A stretch of 64,000 nucleotides of DNA from Candidatus Spongiisociaceae bacterium (GCA_965262915.1 OZ253564.1:640001-704000); one strand, 5' to 3'; shown: positions 20,550-31,779, numbered from the stretch's first letter. Made by a program: numbers and translations. The notes: a model not told the origin generated them from the letters alone.

Positions 20550-22027
20550 GATGCTCCTATGGTTGTCAAGTCGGTGATGGGGCCGGTTGGTGGGTTAGGA
20601 GCCAGGTCTGGTATTGGCTGGCGAGTTGGTGGTTGTGGTCTCGGCCGCGTTCGAGTGCGGAGATGCGGCTGGGGTGGGTTCCGAGCTGTTGGGCGGCCTG
20701 GGTGAGGGTGATGTTGGCGTGTTGACGTCGGCGGCGGAGCCGGGCGCAGTTCGGGGTTGGTGGCGGGTTGGTCAGCAGTCGGTAGATCTGTGGGGCGATG
20801 TGCCGCTTGAGGCAGCGGATGATCTCTTTTCGGTTCTTTGCTTCCCCCTGGCGCCGTGCCACGTATTGGTTGGTGGCTGCGTCGGTGCGCATCCGGGTGG
20901 TAGCGCATCGGCCAGAGCGCGCTGTTGGCTTGGCGGTTACCTCCCCGGTTGAGACGATGCCGGATGGTCTGCCCGGATGATGCCTGGACGGGGCTGGCGC
21001 CACACAGCGCAGCGAAGGACCGTTCTGATTTCATCCGCCCGGGGTTGTCGCCGGCAGCGACTAGCAGGGCGGCAGCGGTGTCAGGGCCCACACCTTTGGT
21101 GGCTAACAGAGCCGGGTTAGCCTCGGCGCAGAGGCGACGGATCTCGATCTTGAGTTCTGCGATTTCTGTGTCGAGGGCTTGGTATCGGCGGGCCAGGTAG
21201 CGTAGAGCCATCTTCGCATACGCCGCAGTGGTCTGTTCGGGTCCGGGACGCCAGCGGGCACAGACCCGGACCCGAGCCTTGAGCTTGAGACCTCTGAGCT
21301 GGCGTTTTAGCGGCTCAGGTGCGGTAACGGTCACAGAATGTATCTGGTTAGCGGCCTGGGTGCGGGCCTTGGTAGCCGAGCGGCGGGCCACCACCAGCAT
21401 CCGTATGCACTCAACGGGGCCCACACCAGATTTGGGAACAGCCGTAGCTTGACCGCTGGCAGCCGCCCGAGCTGCCCCCTCGGCGTCGACACTGTCGGTC
21501 TTGCCGCCCCGCTGGCGGCGTAACTGCCGGTTCGGCCGGTTCACCTCTACCACCTCGACGCCCGCTGCGGTCAGATAACGGGCGAGGCCGGCGCCGTAGC
21601 TGCCAGTGCCCTCCACCCCCACCCGGCTAACGCGACCCTGTGACCGCAACCAGTCTTCGAGTTGCTCATAGCCGACTCGATCAGCTCCCAACGGTGCCGT
21701 TCCCAGCACTCGACCGGCGCCATCAACCACCGCCGCAACATGGGTATCACGATGGGTATCAACCCCACCGAACACAACCCGACCATCTTCTCCCATGACA
21801 CCTTCCTCCTCTGCGGGATAGAATCATTTCCGATCCCCGGACCCGGCAAGCGGTGGACAGGCCACTCACGGTGGTGGAAGATCAAAGCTCCTATAAGGTC
21901 ACATCCGCCCCGGGTCAGGGGGTTACGCCCTAGGCCGGGGACAGGCCGACAGATCGATGAAAAGGCACAAAGCCAGATTTCAGTTGGGTCAGACCCGTCC
22001 CAGCCCAGGAACCTTCTAAGTATGAGT
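20550..22027 (-). mobile_element. IS110-family element, copy 2
   Basis: Same ends as copy 1; recombinase 20566-21796 frameshifted near 20910. Confidence 0.92.
21835..22010 (-). ncRNA. Putative IS110 bridge RNA, copy 2 (boundaries approximate)
   Basis: Guides ACTGAAATC (21976-21984) and TCATCG (21955-21960); donor guides ATAGGAGC and TGAGTG. Confidence 0.8.
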
Positions 22028-23458
22028 GGATTTCAGTGGGGAGTGACGGTGGCGAGGAGGTCCCAGTTGGGTTTCCCGGCGTAGAGAAGGGCGCGGATTC
22101 GGTAGTTCGCGAAGTTGCGAAACCCGAACGCTGCTCGTTTGATCCGCTTTATGAGGTTGTTGAGGGCTTCGGTGGGTCCGTTGGTTACCTCGGGTGATGT
22201 GCCAGTTGGTGATCTGGGGGGTCCAGCGGGCGATGGTGCGACCCAACTTGTTGATCTCGGGTGGGCAGGATTCGTGTTGGAGGCCGTCTGCGAGTTGGAG
22301 GGTGTACCGGAGAGCAAGGGCGGGACTGTCGATCCCGTAGATGCCCCGTACCGTTTCCTTCGCGTGCCAGGCGGTGCGCACTTCGCCGTGGGGGTCACCG
22401 GCATCGAGGAGACCACGCAGCCGGGTTTGACCGCGGTCGCTGATCCTCTCATGCGCAGCGGTGAGGAGCCGCCGTATCCGATACAGCGGGTCATCCTTGC
22501 GGCCTCGATGCCCGAGGGTTTCGTTCTGGGTGCGGCGTCGTACCTCGTCGAGTCGCTGGTTGGCTAGGCGGATGACGTGGAACGGGTCCGCTACCTGCAG
22601 AGCGTGCGGTAACACCCTGTCATACGCCTTCCGATACGAACCGGACATGTCCAACACCGCCCAGCGGATCCCGTCGAGCCACTCGGGGGGCTGGGATCGG
22701 AACCACGAAGCTGCGCTATCAGCCGTTCTACCAGGGACTATGTCGATCAGCTGGTGGCCTCCCACGTCGACGACAGAGGTGCACCACTGCTTGGTTCGCC
22801 ACCGGCCTTTCCGCCAGAACAACGCTTCTTGTCGATGCCCACAGCTTGGACCTCGCCTATCCGATCGGTGTCGGCCCCCAGGAGTGCATCGCCCCAGCGG
22901 ACGACCTCGTTGTTCACCGTATGCCAATCACAACCCAACTCCGCGGCGACCTCGTCGACCGAACGGCCCCGCCCACCCACCTGGACGGTCACCCACCGGG
23001 CCGCTCTCGATGTCAACAACGCCCGTTGGGGACCAATCGTGGGGTCTTGTTCGATGAACGATCTGATCTCACACCCCGAGTTCGGACACGTCCACCGGCG
23101 TTTCCGCCACCGCAGCCGAACCGGACGGCCGAACGCCGGTAAATCCACCAACACCACACTCCGATAGCCCTTCGACCACACCGGGCCGCCACATGCCACA
23201 CACAACGGGCGGGGCTTGCGGGACCCGATCACCACCTCCAACGGTGCACCCTCGCCCGAGTCGTTGATCCCTACCAGATCAACGTCGCCCAGGCCTACCA
23301 ACAACTCGCACATGCGCGTAGGATCACCCCCCACCAGGGGGGCCTCCTGCCTCGGATGTCTTTTCTCAGCACCCGATTATGGAGGACCCCCCATCACTTC
23401 TGGTGGATTACCGCTCCCCCTGGCAGATCCCCTACTCCCCACTCATTTCCGAAGAGCC

Positions 23459-23658
23459 CCTTTTCGAAGCCTATTTCAACGGGGCGTCGAAAGTTCACCC
23501 TGGTGTTGCTGGTGGTCGCCATCGCTGCAGACCTTGTGCTCGCCATACTGATAGGCCTGGATGTGGTAAAAGGTGATTGGCCCCTACCGCTGGCCTTCGC
23601 GGTCATCCCCGTCATCGGGATCGCCTACCTAGCAGCGCCAGGCGCCAAAACCACCTGA
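23459..23658 (+). pseudogene. Small membrane protein, 3' half
   Basis: FSKPISTGRRKFTLVLLVVAIAADLVLAILIG..WPLPLAFAVIPVIGIAYL begins at the TSD. Confidence 0.65.
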
Positions 23659-24153
23659 GAAGCGCTCAGCCGCCAACACTTCAAAGGATTGGGGGTTGAT
23701 AGGGGCCCGTCTAGCCGAAGCCATGCCAAACCCTCCCAAGAGCGCCTCGCAGCGGAAGGGTCGTCCGTTGCCACCGGCGACGCACAGCCAGGTAACCGGC
23801 TGTGGCAGTAGCAGTTGACTGGTGGAGTCCCACGGCTAGTACCACTCTCCGGCGGGACAGCATCCGAAATCAGCCTCCGAGAGGGCCGCCAACTCGGCGC
23901 CGAAACGGAGCATTATCCCGAGTTAAGGCCCGGTTAATGTTGGAGGTCGGAATGACCGAGCGGCGCCTCGAGGAACTCGCAGCGGTCCGCCGACGCCCTG
24001 AAGGCAGCCCGTCGGCGACGGTATGAGGCCCTCTCCGCCGCTGTCGCTGCCGACCATCCCCAGCCTGCCGTCGCAGCTGCGGCCGGTATGCCACCGCCGC
24101 AGGCCATACCATCGAGGTCGGCGACCTCTGGCGGCCCGCTCTCGGATACCGTC

Positions 24154-26643
24154 CTATGACGAGCTCTGGTCTTGCTGGTGGCGCCGGTGCGTGTCCTCGA
24201 TGGCGACGTCAAGATCGTTCCACATGCGCTCCACCATCGAGCGCATCCGCATGTTCTGGTAGGCGCCCCAGACCGTCATGGCGGGCGGCACGACCAGGAT
24301 GGAGACGATCAGCGCGTAGATGATCGTGATCGCCGCCGTGATGCCGAACTGCTCGAATGACTGCAGCGGTGACAGCGTCAGCACCGCGAACCCGAGCGCT
24401 GTCGTCAGCGCTGAGCCGAGCAGAGCCGAGCCGGTGGTGGCGAGCGTCCGGATCGCCGCCGTCTCCGGGTTGCGCTGCCTGGCGAAGTGTTCCCGGTAGC
24501 GATGGATTATGTGGATCGTGTAGTCCACGCCGATACCGATCGACAGCGCCGTGGTGATCGAGGTGATGATCGTGTAGGGAATGCCCAGCAGCGTCATCGT
24601 GCCCAGCACCCAGACGAGGACGAGCACTATCGGTCCCACCGCGATGAACCCCAGCACGGGCTGGCGCAGCGTTATCCAAAAGAAGATCGTGAGGATGCCG
24701 AGGGCTGCCGCGATCGTGGCGAGGATCGCCTCTGTCTGTCGATCCCGTATCTCGTCGGAGGCCGTGAGCGTGATGATGTCCTGCGAGGTCATCGCGATGG
24801 CGTCGTCGTCGCCGAACCAGAGCCCGTCAATGTCCTCTACCATCCGCTCGGTTCGCTCACGATCGCCCGAGAGGGCCCGGAACTGGAGCAGCGTGGTGTC
24901 GATGCCGTCCCGGTCCTGGACCAGAACCCGGGCCACGGCTTCGGGATCGGTGGCGGCGAGCGCGTCAAGGAACTTCTGAATCAGCGCAGGATCGAGATGC
25001 AGTCCCGTTGTCGCCTCCTCGAACAGCCGATCGAGTTCGGGGTCGTACCTGTCACCCGGCTTGCCGTCGTCTGTGGTCCAGTCGAGCACGAGCAGAGAGA
25101 GCGAAGCCTCCATCGCGCCATCCGCGGCCCGTGGCCGGGTTAGGTCGTCCTCAAACGCCTCCGTAATGTCGAACAGGTTCTGGAGGGTGCGTGTCTCTGT
25201 CACCTCTGCCTTGACCAGGACGCTGACAACTTCCGTTGAGCCTCCGACCGCCGCATCGAGCGAATTCAGATCCTTGAGCAAGTTCCCGTCCCTGGGCAGG
25301 ACGTCGCGGATAGTGAATTCGGTGGTGATCCGCGAGGCCGCGAACCCGAACCCGACCGTCACCGCAACCACCACAAAGAGGTAGGGCGCCGGCCTCCGCG
25401 TGACGGATGTCCCCAGCCTTTCCGCTAGCCGGTGGATGCCCGGGATCGCATTCGCGATCGGACGAGGAGGAGGAAGCGGTCCGCGGGCCTCTCGACGCCC
25501 GTCGATGATTGTTCGCACGGCTGGGACCAGCGTCAGCATCACGATCAGGCTCAACCCGACGCCAAGCCCCGCCACCACGCCGAAGTCCCCGATCGCCGAG
25601 ATCGGCGAGAGCAGGCTCGCCAGGAAACTTACGATCGTGGTGGCAGCGGCCAGCGCCAGCGGGATGATGACGTTCCGCAGCCCCGCCACCACCGCGACCG
25701 CCACCGGCTCGCCGGCTATCCGCTGCTCCCGGTAGTGCGACACCGCCTGGATCGAATAGTCCACCGCGAGGCCTATCAGGATGAGCGGCACCGTTGACGT
25801 GAGCGCGTTCGGTGGGCCGATCAGACCCAAGGCGCCCGGACCGAGCCAGCTCTCCGCCCCGACGGTCCAGATCAGCGCGAGTACGAGCCCCGTCAGCGTG
25901 AGCAGCAGGTCCGAGAGCGTGCGCATGAACAGCAGCGTCAGCAACGCGATCACCAGCAGCGCCAGCCCCATCAGCGGCAGCACCCCGGGGCCCGTGGCCT
26001 CCTGATACTCCTCTTCAATAACCGCGAGCGACACGCTACGCACGCTCAGCGGGCCCTCGTCCGCCTCCGCCAAGTCGTTGATCGCCAGCTGCGCGTCGTT
26101 AACGGCCTCGTCGCCGGTGTCGCGCAGCCGGATGGTGGCGACCGTGATCGTCGTGCCATCCGTGTCCGTTCCGGTCATCATGTCGAGCACCGTTCGCGCC
26201 GGCTGCAGCTCCGGGGTGGCCCGGACATGGTCAAGCACCGCATCGATCTGCTCCTGCGCGACCGAGTCGAAGTCGGTCACCTGAAGCAGGGGTTTCATCA
26301 GCAACGTAGGGGCGGCGACTGCGTCGACGGGCGGCAGGAGCTCCCCTACACCCGGGGTGCTAACGATGCGGCCGAGCAAGCCGTCCATCTGGGCTAGTCC
26401 ATCGGGCGTGAGCACTTCCCCACGGAAGACGAGCGTTACCACGACGACATCGGAGTGCCCGAAGAGGGTCTCGATCTCCTCCAACGCCTTCGCGACGGCG
26501 CTATCCCGGGGAAGGAACGCCTCGTTCTCCGCCACCGGCGCCCGCTGCGTAACCCCAGCAGCCAACATCAGTGTCACGATCGCGACAGCGACAAGCGTGA
26601 CCCACGGGCGCACCGTCACCAGCCAACTCAACCGGTCAAGCAC
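24154..26643 (-). CDS. MMPL/RND-family transporter
   Basis: 829 aa in two repeats, with GLAVDYSIQ and GIGVDYTIHIIHRY TM4/TM10 motifs and GSALTTALGF. Confidence 0.92.
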   Translation of the reverse strand: MLDRLSWLVTVRPWVTLVAVAIVTLMLAAGVTQRAPVAENEAFLPRDSAVAKALEEIETLFGHSDVVVVTLVFRGEVLTPDGLAQMDGLLGRIVSTPGVGELLPPVDAVAAPTLLMKPLLQVTDFDSVAQEQIDAVLDHVRATPELQPARTVLDMMTGTDTDGTTITVATIRLRDTGDEAVNDAQLAINDLAEADEGPLSVRSVSLAVIEEEYQEATGPGVLPLMGLALLVIALLTLLFMRTLSDLLLTLTGLVLALIWTVGAESWLGPGALGLIGPPNALTSTVPLILIGLAVDYSIQAVSHYREQRIAGEPVAVAVVAGLRNVIIPLALAAATTIVSFLASLLSPISAIGDFGVVAGLGVGLSLIVMLTLVPAVRTIIDGRREARGPLPPPRPIANAIPGIHRLAERLGTSVTRRPAPYLFVVVAVTVGFGFAASRITTEFTIRDVLPRDGNLLKDLNSLDAAVGGSTEVVSVLVKAEVTETRTLQNLFDITEAFEDDLTRPRAADGAMEASLSLLVLDWTTDDGKPGDRYDPELDRLFEEATTGLHLDPALIQKFLDALAATDPEAVARVLVQDRDGIDTTLLQFRALSGDRERTERMVEDIDGLWFGDDDAIAMTSQDIITLTASDEIRDRQTEAILATIAAALGILTIFFWITLRQPVLGFIAVGPIVLVLVWVLGTMTLLGIPYTIITSITTALSIGIGVDYTIHIIHRYREHFARQRNPETAAIRTLATTGSALLGSALTTALGFAVLTLSPLQSFEQFGITAAITIIYALIVSILVVPPAMTVWGAYQNMRMRSMVERMWNDLDVAIEDTHRRHQQDQSSS

Positions 26644-27454
26644 CCTACTTATGGCACACCACCCTCACTACGCCCACGGGGGGCGGCAGGCGATACCGGA
26701 CAGAGACCGGCCATGGCTGCTCCCCACCCTCGGTTCCCCCTCGCTTCACGGCCCGACGCAGTCACAAGCTCTGGTACGCCCCCCACACGACCATCGCCAC
26801 GGCACTACGAGCACGGCTGCGATCAGCGCGTACACGATCGTGATCGCTGTCACCAGGCCGAACTGCTGGAACGGCATCAATGGGCCTGGAAACGTTCAAC
26901 AGGTCGGTGGCCTGGGCCACGTCCACCAGCGGCAGGTCCTAGCGGCGTCGCCCGGCCGCCACCCAGGACCGCACCTCGCTGATCGGCGAACTGACCGTGG
27001 CCAGGACCCGCTGGTTGAACCTCGGAGACACCCCGCCCATCCGTGAACCCCCGTCCATTGTGAGATCCTCCTGTTGAGATCCCCCACCGGCAGGAACTAT
27101 ATAGGCAACTCGACGGGCTGCTGCCCGGCTCCGGCCTTCACAGGGCGTCGAGGTCTGGGTTCCGGCGGCCTTCGGGATGACAAACCGGTCCGGTCCCCGG
27201 GTCCTGGTGTGGTTACCTGACAGCATCAGAATTCGCCTGCAGCCGCGACGGCGGCGTTTGGCTGGTGAACGCGGACGGTACCGATCAACTACAACTCAGC
27301 CGGTTCCATGATCTCAGTGTCCTCCGGGTTCCCCTGCTGTCCGACCTGGGTGTGCCAACGGAGATCGCTGCGCGTCACGGGAACGGCGAGATCTGCAAAC
27401 AGCGGTCCAGATCCTCCCAGAACTGCTCTACGTTTCTACATTGTTGCCTAGATA

Positions 27455-27511
27455 CTCAATTGAAACTATAGTTTTAACTATACCCTATGACTAAAGTCAA
27501 GTTTCAGTTGA
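27455..27511 (+). promoter_or_regulatory. Inverted-repeat operator/promoter upstream of abiEi
   Basis: CTCAATTGAAACT..AGTTTCAGTTGAG (12/13 match) in an AT-rich stretch; AbiEi proteins are known to autoregulate through promoter inverted repeats. Confidence 0.65.
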
Positions 27512-27517
27512 GGACAA

Positions 27518-28111
27518 GTGCCTACCGACCGCCAAGACCTCCATAGAGCGCTATTCCAGCTTGCCGTAACGCAGGCGGGCTACTTCACCGCTGCACAGGC
27601 GCGAGAGATCGGCTATTCCTACCAAGCGCAGCACTACCACACCCAGCGGGGTAACTGGGTGCGAGTCGATCGTGGCCTCTATCGGCTCTTCGTGTGGCCG
27701 GTAGGCGTGCATGACGACCTGGTTCGCTGGACGCTGTGGGCTGGGGAGGAAGCGGTCGTTTCCCACGAGACCGCACTGAACGTTCACGAGATCGGCGAGT
27801 TCAACCCGGCTCGGGTCCACCTGACTGCACCGAGGGGCTTCTCCAAGCGCGCGGTTGGTGTGGTGATCCATACGGCCGCGCTGGATCGAGTGGACATCGA
27901 GGAACGAGAAGGGTTTCGAGTGACGAAGCCGCTCCGGACACTGATCGACGTCGCTGCTGTCGGCGTCGACGGCGACCAGCTTGACCGTGCGATCGAGGAG
28001 GCTCGGGATCTCGGCGTGCTCACGTCCCGTCAGCTCCGCGAACGAGCCGAGGCCGTGGACGTCAAAGCCGCGCTGCGCATCGAGCAGTCTCTCGGGAGGC
28101 TCGGTCTCTGA
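27518..28111 (+). CDS. abiEi: Type IV TA antitoxin, AbiEi family
   Basis: QAGYFTAAQA..WVRVDRGLYRL, VVSHETAL, VTKPLRTLID. Confidence 0.88.
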   Translation: MPTDRQDLHRALFQLAVTQAGYFTAAQAREIGYSYQAQHYHTQRGNWVRVDRGLYRLFVWPVGVHDDLVRWTLWAGEEAVVSHETALNVHEIGEFNPARVHLTAPRGFSKRAVGVVIHTAALDRVDIEEREGFRVTKPLRTLIDVAAVGVDGDQLDRAIEEARDLGVLTSRQLRERAEAVDVKAALRIEQSLGRLGL

Positions 28112-28971
28112 TGCGCTACCGAAGCCCGGCAGCACTGCGCATGGCGCTCGGACAGCTCCTCCGTAACAAGTCCCAGGAGTCCGGCATCAGCGTTGAGCGG
28201 CTTCGCCGACGGGTGATGTATGAGCGAATCGTTGTCCGCCTGGACTTGGCCGAGCCGGATACGTGGGTAGTGAAAGGGGGCCTTGCCCTCGACGTTCGGC
28301 TGGGTGGTCGGGCACGAGCATCTATGGACCTCGATCTTGGCCTCCGAGAAGACGCCATAGAAGGTGACCGCCTCCGGGGCCGGCTCATCGAAGCACTAGA
28401 GACCGACCCGGACGACGATTGGTTCACCTTCGCCGTCGGGCCCACCCAACGACTCCAACCCGACCAGGCAAGGCGGGCGACATGGAGGTACAGCGTCCAG
28501 TCCACTCTGGGAGGCAGACAGTTCGACACCCTCAAGCTAGACGTTGCGCCAAGAGTCGAGGAACTGAAGCCGACAGAACGGGTGCCCTTGCGCAACGCGC
28601 TTGCCTTCGCCGGAGTCCGGTCTCGGACAGTGGAGTTGATCGATGTCAACCGGCACGCGGCAGAGAAGCTCCATGCCATGACCCGTACCTACGGCAACCG
28701 ACCGAGCACTCGGGTACGAGATCTCGTCGACCTCGTTCTGCTTCTCGAGAACGACTACCTGGACGACGATGGTTGTCGTGCAGCGATCCAGACCACTTTC
28801 GAACAACTCGGCACCCACGAGCTTCCAAGCGAGTTGAGTGGTCCGCCGTCTGCATGGACAGACACCTACGTGTCGCTCGTCGCCGACCTTGATATCGAGG
28901 CCGACTCGCTACCCGACGCCTTCAACCTCATCCGGTCCTGGTGGACCCGGCTCGACCTAGGGGGGAACTGA
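28111..28971 (+). CDS. abiEii: Type IV TA nucleotidyltransferase toxin, AbiEii family
   Basis: WVVKGG, RASMDLD, AEKLHA, STRVRDLVDL; TGATG coupling to abiEi. Confidence 0.9.
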   Translation: MRYRSPAALRMALGQLLRNKSQESGISVERLRRRVMYERIVVRLDLAEPDTWVVKGGLALDVRLGGRARASMDLDLGLREDAIEGDRLRGRLIEALETDPDDDWFTFAVGPTQRLQPDQARRATWRYSVQSTLGGRQFDTLKLDVAPRVEELKPTERVPLRNALAFAGVRSRTVELIDVNRHAAEKLHAMTRTYGNRPSTRVRDLVDLVLLLENDYLDDDGCRAAIQTTFEQLGTHELPSELSGPPSAWTDTYVSLVADLDIEADSLPDAFNLIRSWWTRLDLGGN

Positions 28972-28972
28972 C

Positions 28973-30466
28973 ATGGCCGACAAGAAGGCGGCCGCCAAGA
29001 TCAGACCTCATGCGAAGCTCTCAACTGTCGTCAAGGCCGCCCGCGATGCCATGCGCAAGGACGCCGGCCTGAGCGGCGATCTCGATCGGATTCCGCAACT
29101 TGCGTGGCTGCTGTTCCTCAAGGCCTTCGATGTCCTGGAGCAGAACCGCGAGATCAGCGACGCTGAGTTCCGACCAGCCATCGATGCGCCGTATCGCTGG
29201 CGTGATTGGGCTGCTGACCCGAACGGCCGGACCGGAAACTCGCTTATCTCCTTCATAGAGACAGAGTTCACCGATGATCGGCGGGAACGCCGGCCGGGGC
29301 TACTGCCGTACCTCCGGGATCTCGCCGGGACAGGAAGCCACGATCCCCGCGCTGTCCTGAGCGCGGTCTTCAAGGAGACCAACAACCGAATGTTCTCGGG
29401 CTATCTGCTTCGCGTCGTCGTCAACAACCTCAACGAGATCGACTTTGCGTCGTCCGGCGACATCTACACGATGGCTCATCTCTATGAATCGATGCTGCGA
29501 GACATGCGCGATGCCGCTGGTGGCGCAGGCGACTTCTACACGCCCCGGCCGGTCATTCGCTTCATGGTGCAGCAGATCGCTCCCCAACTCGGTGAGGTGA
29601 TCCTCGATCCAGCTTGCGGTACCGGAGGCTTTCTGATCGAAGCCCTGGAAAACCTCCGCCCCAGCGTCGAAACGACAGAGGAGCTCCGAAGACTCCACGA
29701 GAACCTACGAGGCGTTGAGAAGAATTCACTCCCGTACCTCCTCGGGATGATGAACATGCTCCTCCGCGGGGTAGGTCAGCCGAATCTGATCCGAGGCGAC
29801 GCGTTGGCCAAGCCGATCACAGAGATCAGCCACGCTGATCAAGTTGACGTCGTCATCACCAATCCCCCGTTCGGTGGTATAGAGGAGAAGACCATCCAGA
29901 ACAACTTCCCGGCCGACAGGCAGACGGCGAGGACAGAGTGGCTTTTCATCCAGCTCGTGGTTCGACAACTGAAGGATCGTGGCCGGTGCGCGATTGTGGT
30001 GCCGGATAGGGTGCTCTTCGGAGATGGCGTCGGTGCCCGCATCAAGGAGCACCTCTTGACAGAGTGCGATCTGCACACCGTTGTCAGGTTGCCCGATGGC
30101 GTACTCGAGCCCTACACGGCTATCCCGTCCAACCTGCTGTTCTTCGAGAAGACCGGGCGAACGAAGGATGTCTGGTTCTACGAGATTCCCCCACCCCAGG
30201 GACGAAAGAAGTACTCGAAGACCAAACCGATGAGGTTCGAGGAGTTCGACAGATGCTGTGCTTGGTGGAATAGCAGGGTCGAGGATGAGCTCGCGTGGCG
30301 AGTACCGATCGAGTCGATCGAATCGACGAACTTCAATCTGGATGTCAGGAACCCGAACCAGCCGCATGATCTCGCTCATCGTCCGCCGGCGGAACTGCTC
30401 GGAGAGCTCATAGAAGTAGAGTCAGAAATCCTTCTGCTCCTGAAGGATCTCGAACAGGGGATCTAG
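28973..30466 (+). CDS. hsdM: Type I R-M N6-adenine methyltransferase subunit
   Basis: GDFYTPR, ILDPACGTGGFL, TNPPFGG. Confidence 0.95.
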   Translation: MADKKAAAKIRPHAKLSTVVKAARDAMRKDAGLSGDLDRIPQLAWLLFLKAFDVLEQNREISDAEFRPAIDAPYRWRDWAADPNGRTGNSLISFIETEFTDDRRERRPGLLPYLRDLAGTGSHDPRAVLSAVFKETNNRMFSGYLLRVVVNNLNEIDFASSGDIYTMAHLYESMLRDMRDAAGGAGDFYTPRPVIRFMVQQIAPQLGEVILDPACGTGGFLIEALENLRPSVETTEELRRLHENLRGVEKNSLPYLLGMMNMLLRGVGQPNLIRGDALAKPITEISHADQVDVVITNPPFGGIEEKTIQNNFPADRQTARTEWLFIQLVVRQLKDRGRCAIVVPDRVLFGDGVGARIKEHLLTECDLHTVVRLPDGVLEPYTAIPSNLLFFEKTGRTKDVWFYEIPPPQGRKKYSKTKPMRFEEFDRCCAWWNSRVEDELAWRVPIESIESTNFNLDVRNPNQPHDLAHRPPAELLGELIEVESEILLLLKDLEQGI

Positions 30467-30468
30467 GC

Positions 30469-31644
30469 GTGGGCGTAGGAGACCGACCGGTCCGCGAAGT
30501 TCTCACCCTCGACCTCGACCCGGTCCAGGTCGAAGCGACCGCCGGCTACCCGCTGGCGGGTGTGCACAGCTTCGGACGCGGGCTGTTCCAGAAGAATGAT
30601 CTTCGAGGGTCCGACACAAGCTACAAGAAGCTGCATCGTCTACGAAGAGGTCATCTGGTGGTGGGCAAGATGAGAGCCTTCACGGGAGCGGTCGCTGTCG
30701 TACCTCCCGAGTTCGATGGGTTTCACCTATCTCCCGAGTTCCTGACCTTCTCATGCCGAGACGGGAAACTCGACGAGGTATTCCTCTCACACTTGTGTGC
30801 CTGGCCCGACTTCTGGCAGCGGCTCGCGTCCTCATCTAGGGGACTCGGCGCTCTTCGCGGGCAGGTCCACTCCGCGCGGTTTCTCGAGACCCGGCTTCCG
30901 ATTCCAGATATCGATAGCCAGCGCAAGGTTGGCCAAACACTGACCCTTCGCAGACAGCAGGTCGAGGCTTTGGATGCGAGTGGCAAGCGGGCAACGGAGC
31001 TGAGCGAGGCTGCAACTGTCGCTCTTGCGTGCAGGCGTGATCTCTCCAAGTCGGAGAAGATGGCAAGAGGTTGGACGAAGGTCCCGCTGCGCCTTCTGAT
31101 GGAGCAAGTTGCTCACCCGGTCTCGGTCGATCCGACGGAGACATATCCAAACCTCGGTCTCTACAGCTTTGGCCGAGGCGTCTTTCGGAAGGAACCGATC
31201 GAGGGCTCCCGGACCTCGGCCACGACGCTGAATCGCGTCAGCGCCGGGCAGTTCATCTACTCCAAGAAGTCCGCTTTCGAAGGCGCCTTCGCTCACGTTC
31301 CCACCGAGTCCGACGGCTTCTTCGTGTCCGGCGAATTCCCGACGTTCCAGACTCACGCCGATCAACTGGATGCGCGCTGGCTGGCGACCTATATGCGATC
31401 GGAGTCGAACTGGACGGAACTTGGCACTACGAGCAAGGACCGCAGCCGGCGCCGACAACGAGTGCATGTCGACTCCGTCCTGGACTTCAGGATCTGGAAA
31501 CCGCCACTCGCGGAGCAGCGCCAAGTCTGGCGGAAAGTTCAGATCCTCACCCTTCATCGGAAACTGCGAGTTGAGGTAGAACCAGTTGTCGCGGCGCTCT
31601 GGCTATCGATACTCAACGAGCTTGTGACCGTACCGACCGCGTAG
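30469..31644 (+). CDS. hsdS: Type I R-M specificity subunit
   Basis: Two TRD halves ending LPIPDIDSQRKV and KPPLAEQRQV; directly follows hsdM. Confidence 0.85.
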   Translation: MGVGDRPVREVLTLDLDPVQVEATAGYPLAGVHSFGRGLFQKNDLRGSDTSYKKLHRLRRGHLVVGKMRAFTGAVAVVPPEFDGFHLSPEFLTFSCRDGKLDEVFLSHLCAWPDFWQRLASSSRGLGALRGQVHSARFLETRLPIPDIDSQRKVGQTLTLRRQQVEALDASGKRATELSEAATVALACRRDLSKSEKMARGWTKVPLRLLMEQVAHPVSVDPTETYPNLGLYSFGRGVFRKEPIEGSRTSATTLNRVSAGQFIYSKKSAFEGAFAHVPTESDGFFVSGEFPTFQTHADQLDARWLATYMRSESNWTELGTTSKDRSRRRQRVHVDSVLDFRIWKPPLAEQRQVWRKVQILTLHRKLRVEVEPVVAALWLSILNELVTVPTA

Positions 31645-31779
31645 CCGGCGCATGGTCAGGCGCACGAGGAGGTCGCGCAGACCCCGCGGCGTGTAGCTCA
31701 CAGGCATCATAGGTGGCGCCGGAGCCCACGACCCACAGTTTCCCTAGTAGTCGGGAGGCCGAGCGTTGCGCCTCGGCGG

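Larger units (their letters stand above)
17875..23458. mobile_element. ISL3 composite transposon bounded by two inverted left ends
   Basis: GGCTCTTCGGAAATG at 17875 and CATTTCCGAAGAGCC at 23458; 8-bp TSD CCTTTTCG at 17867-17874 and 23459-23466; decayed transposase 5' part at 17981-18180. Confidence 0.88.
20542..23458 (-). mobile_element. ISL3 element (frameshifted transposase 22033-23334) with IS110 in its right IR
   Basis: Close paralogue of 15769-17201; IR GGCTCTTCG|GATTTCAGTGGGG split by IS110. Confidence 0.9.

Noticed and set aside
20372-20565. 474-aa IS110 ORF apparently fused to ISL3 sequence
   Set aside because: Artefact of a frameshift near 20910 reading through the element end into the adjacent ISL3 fragment.
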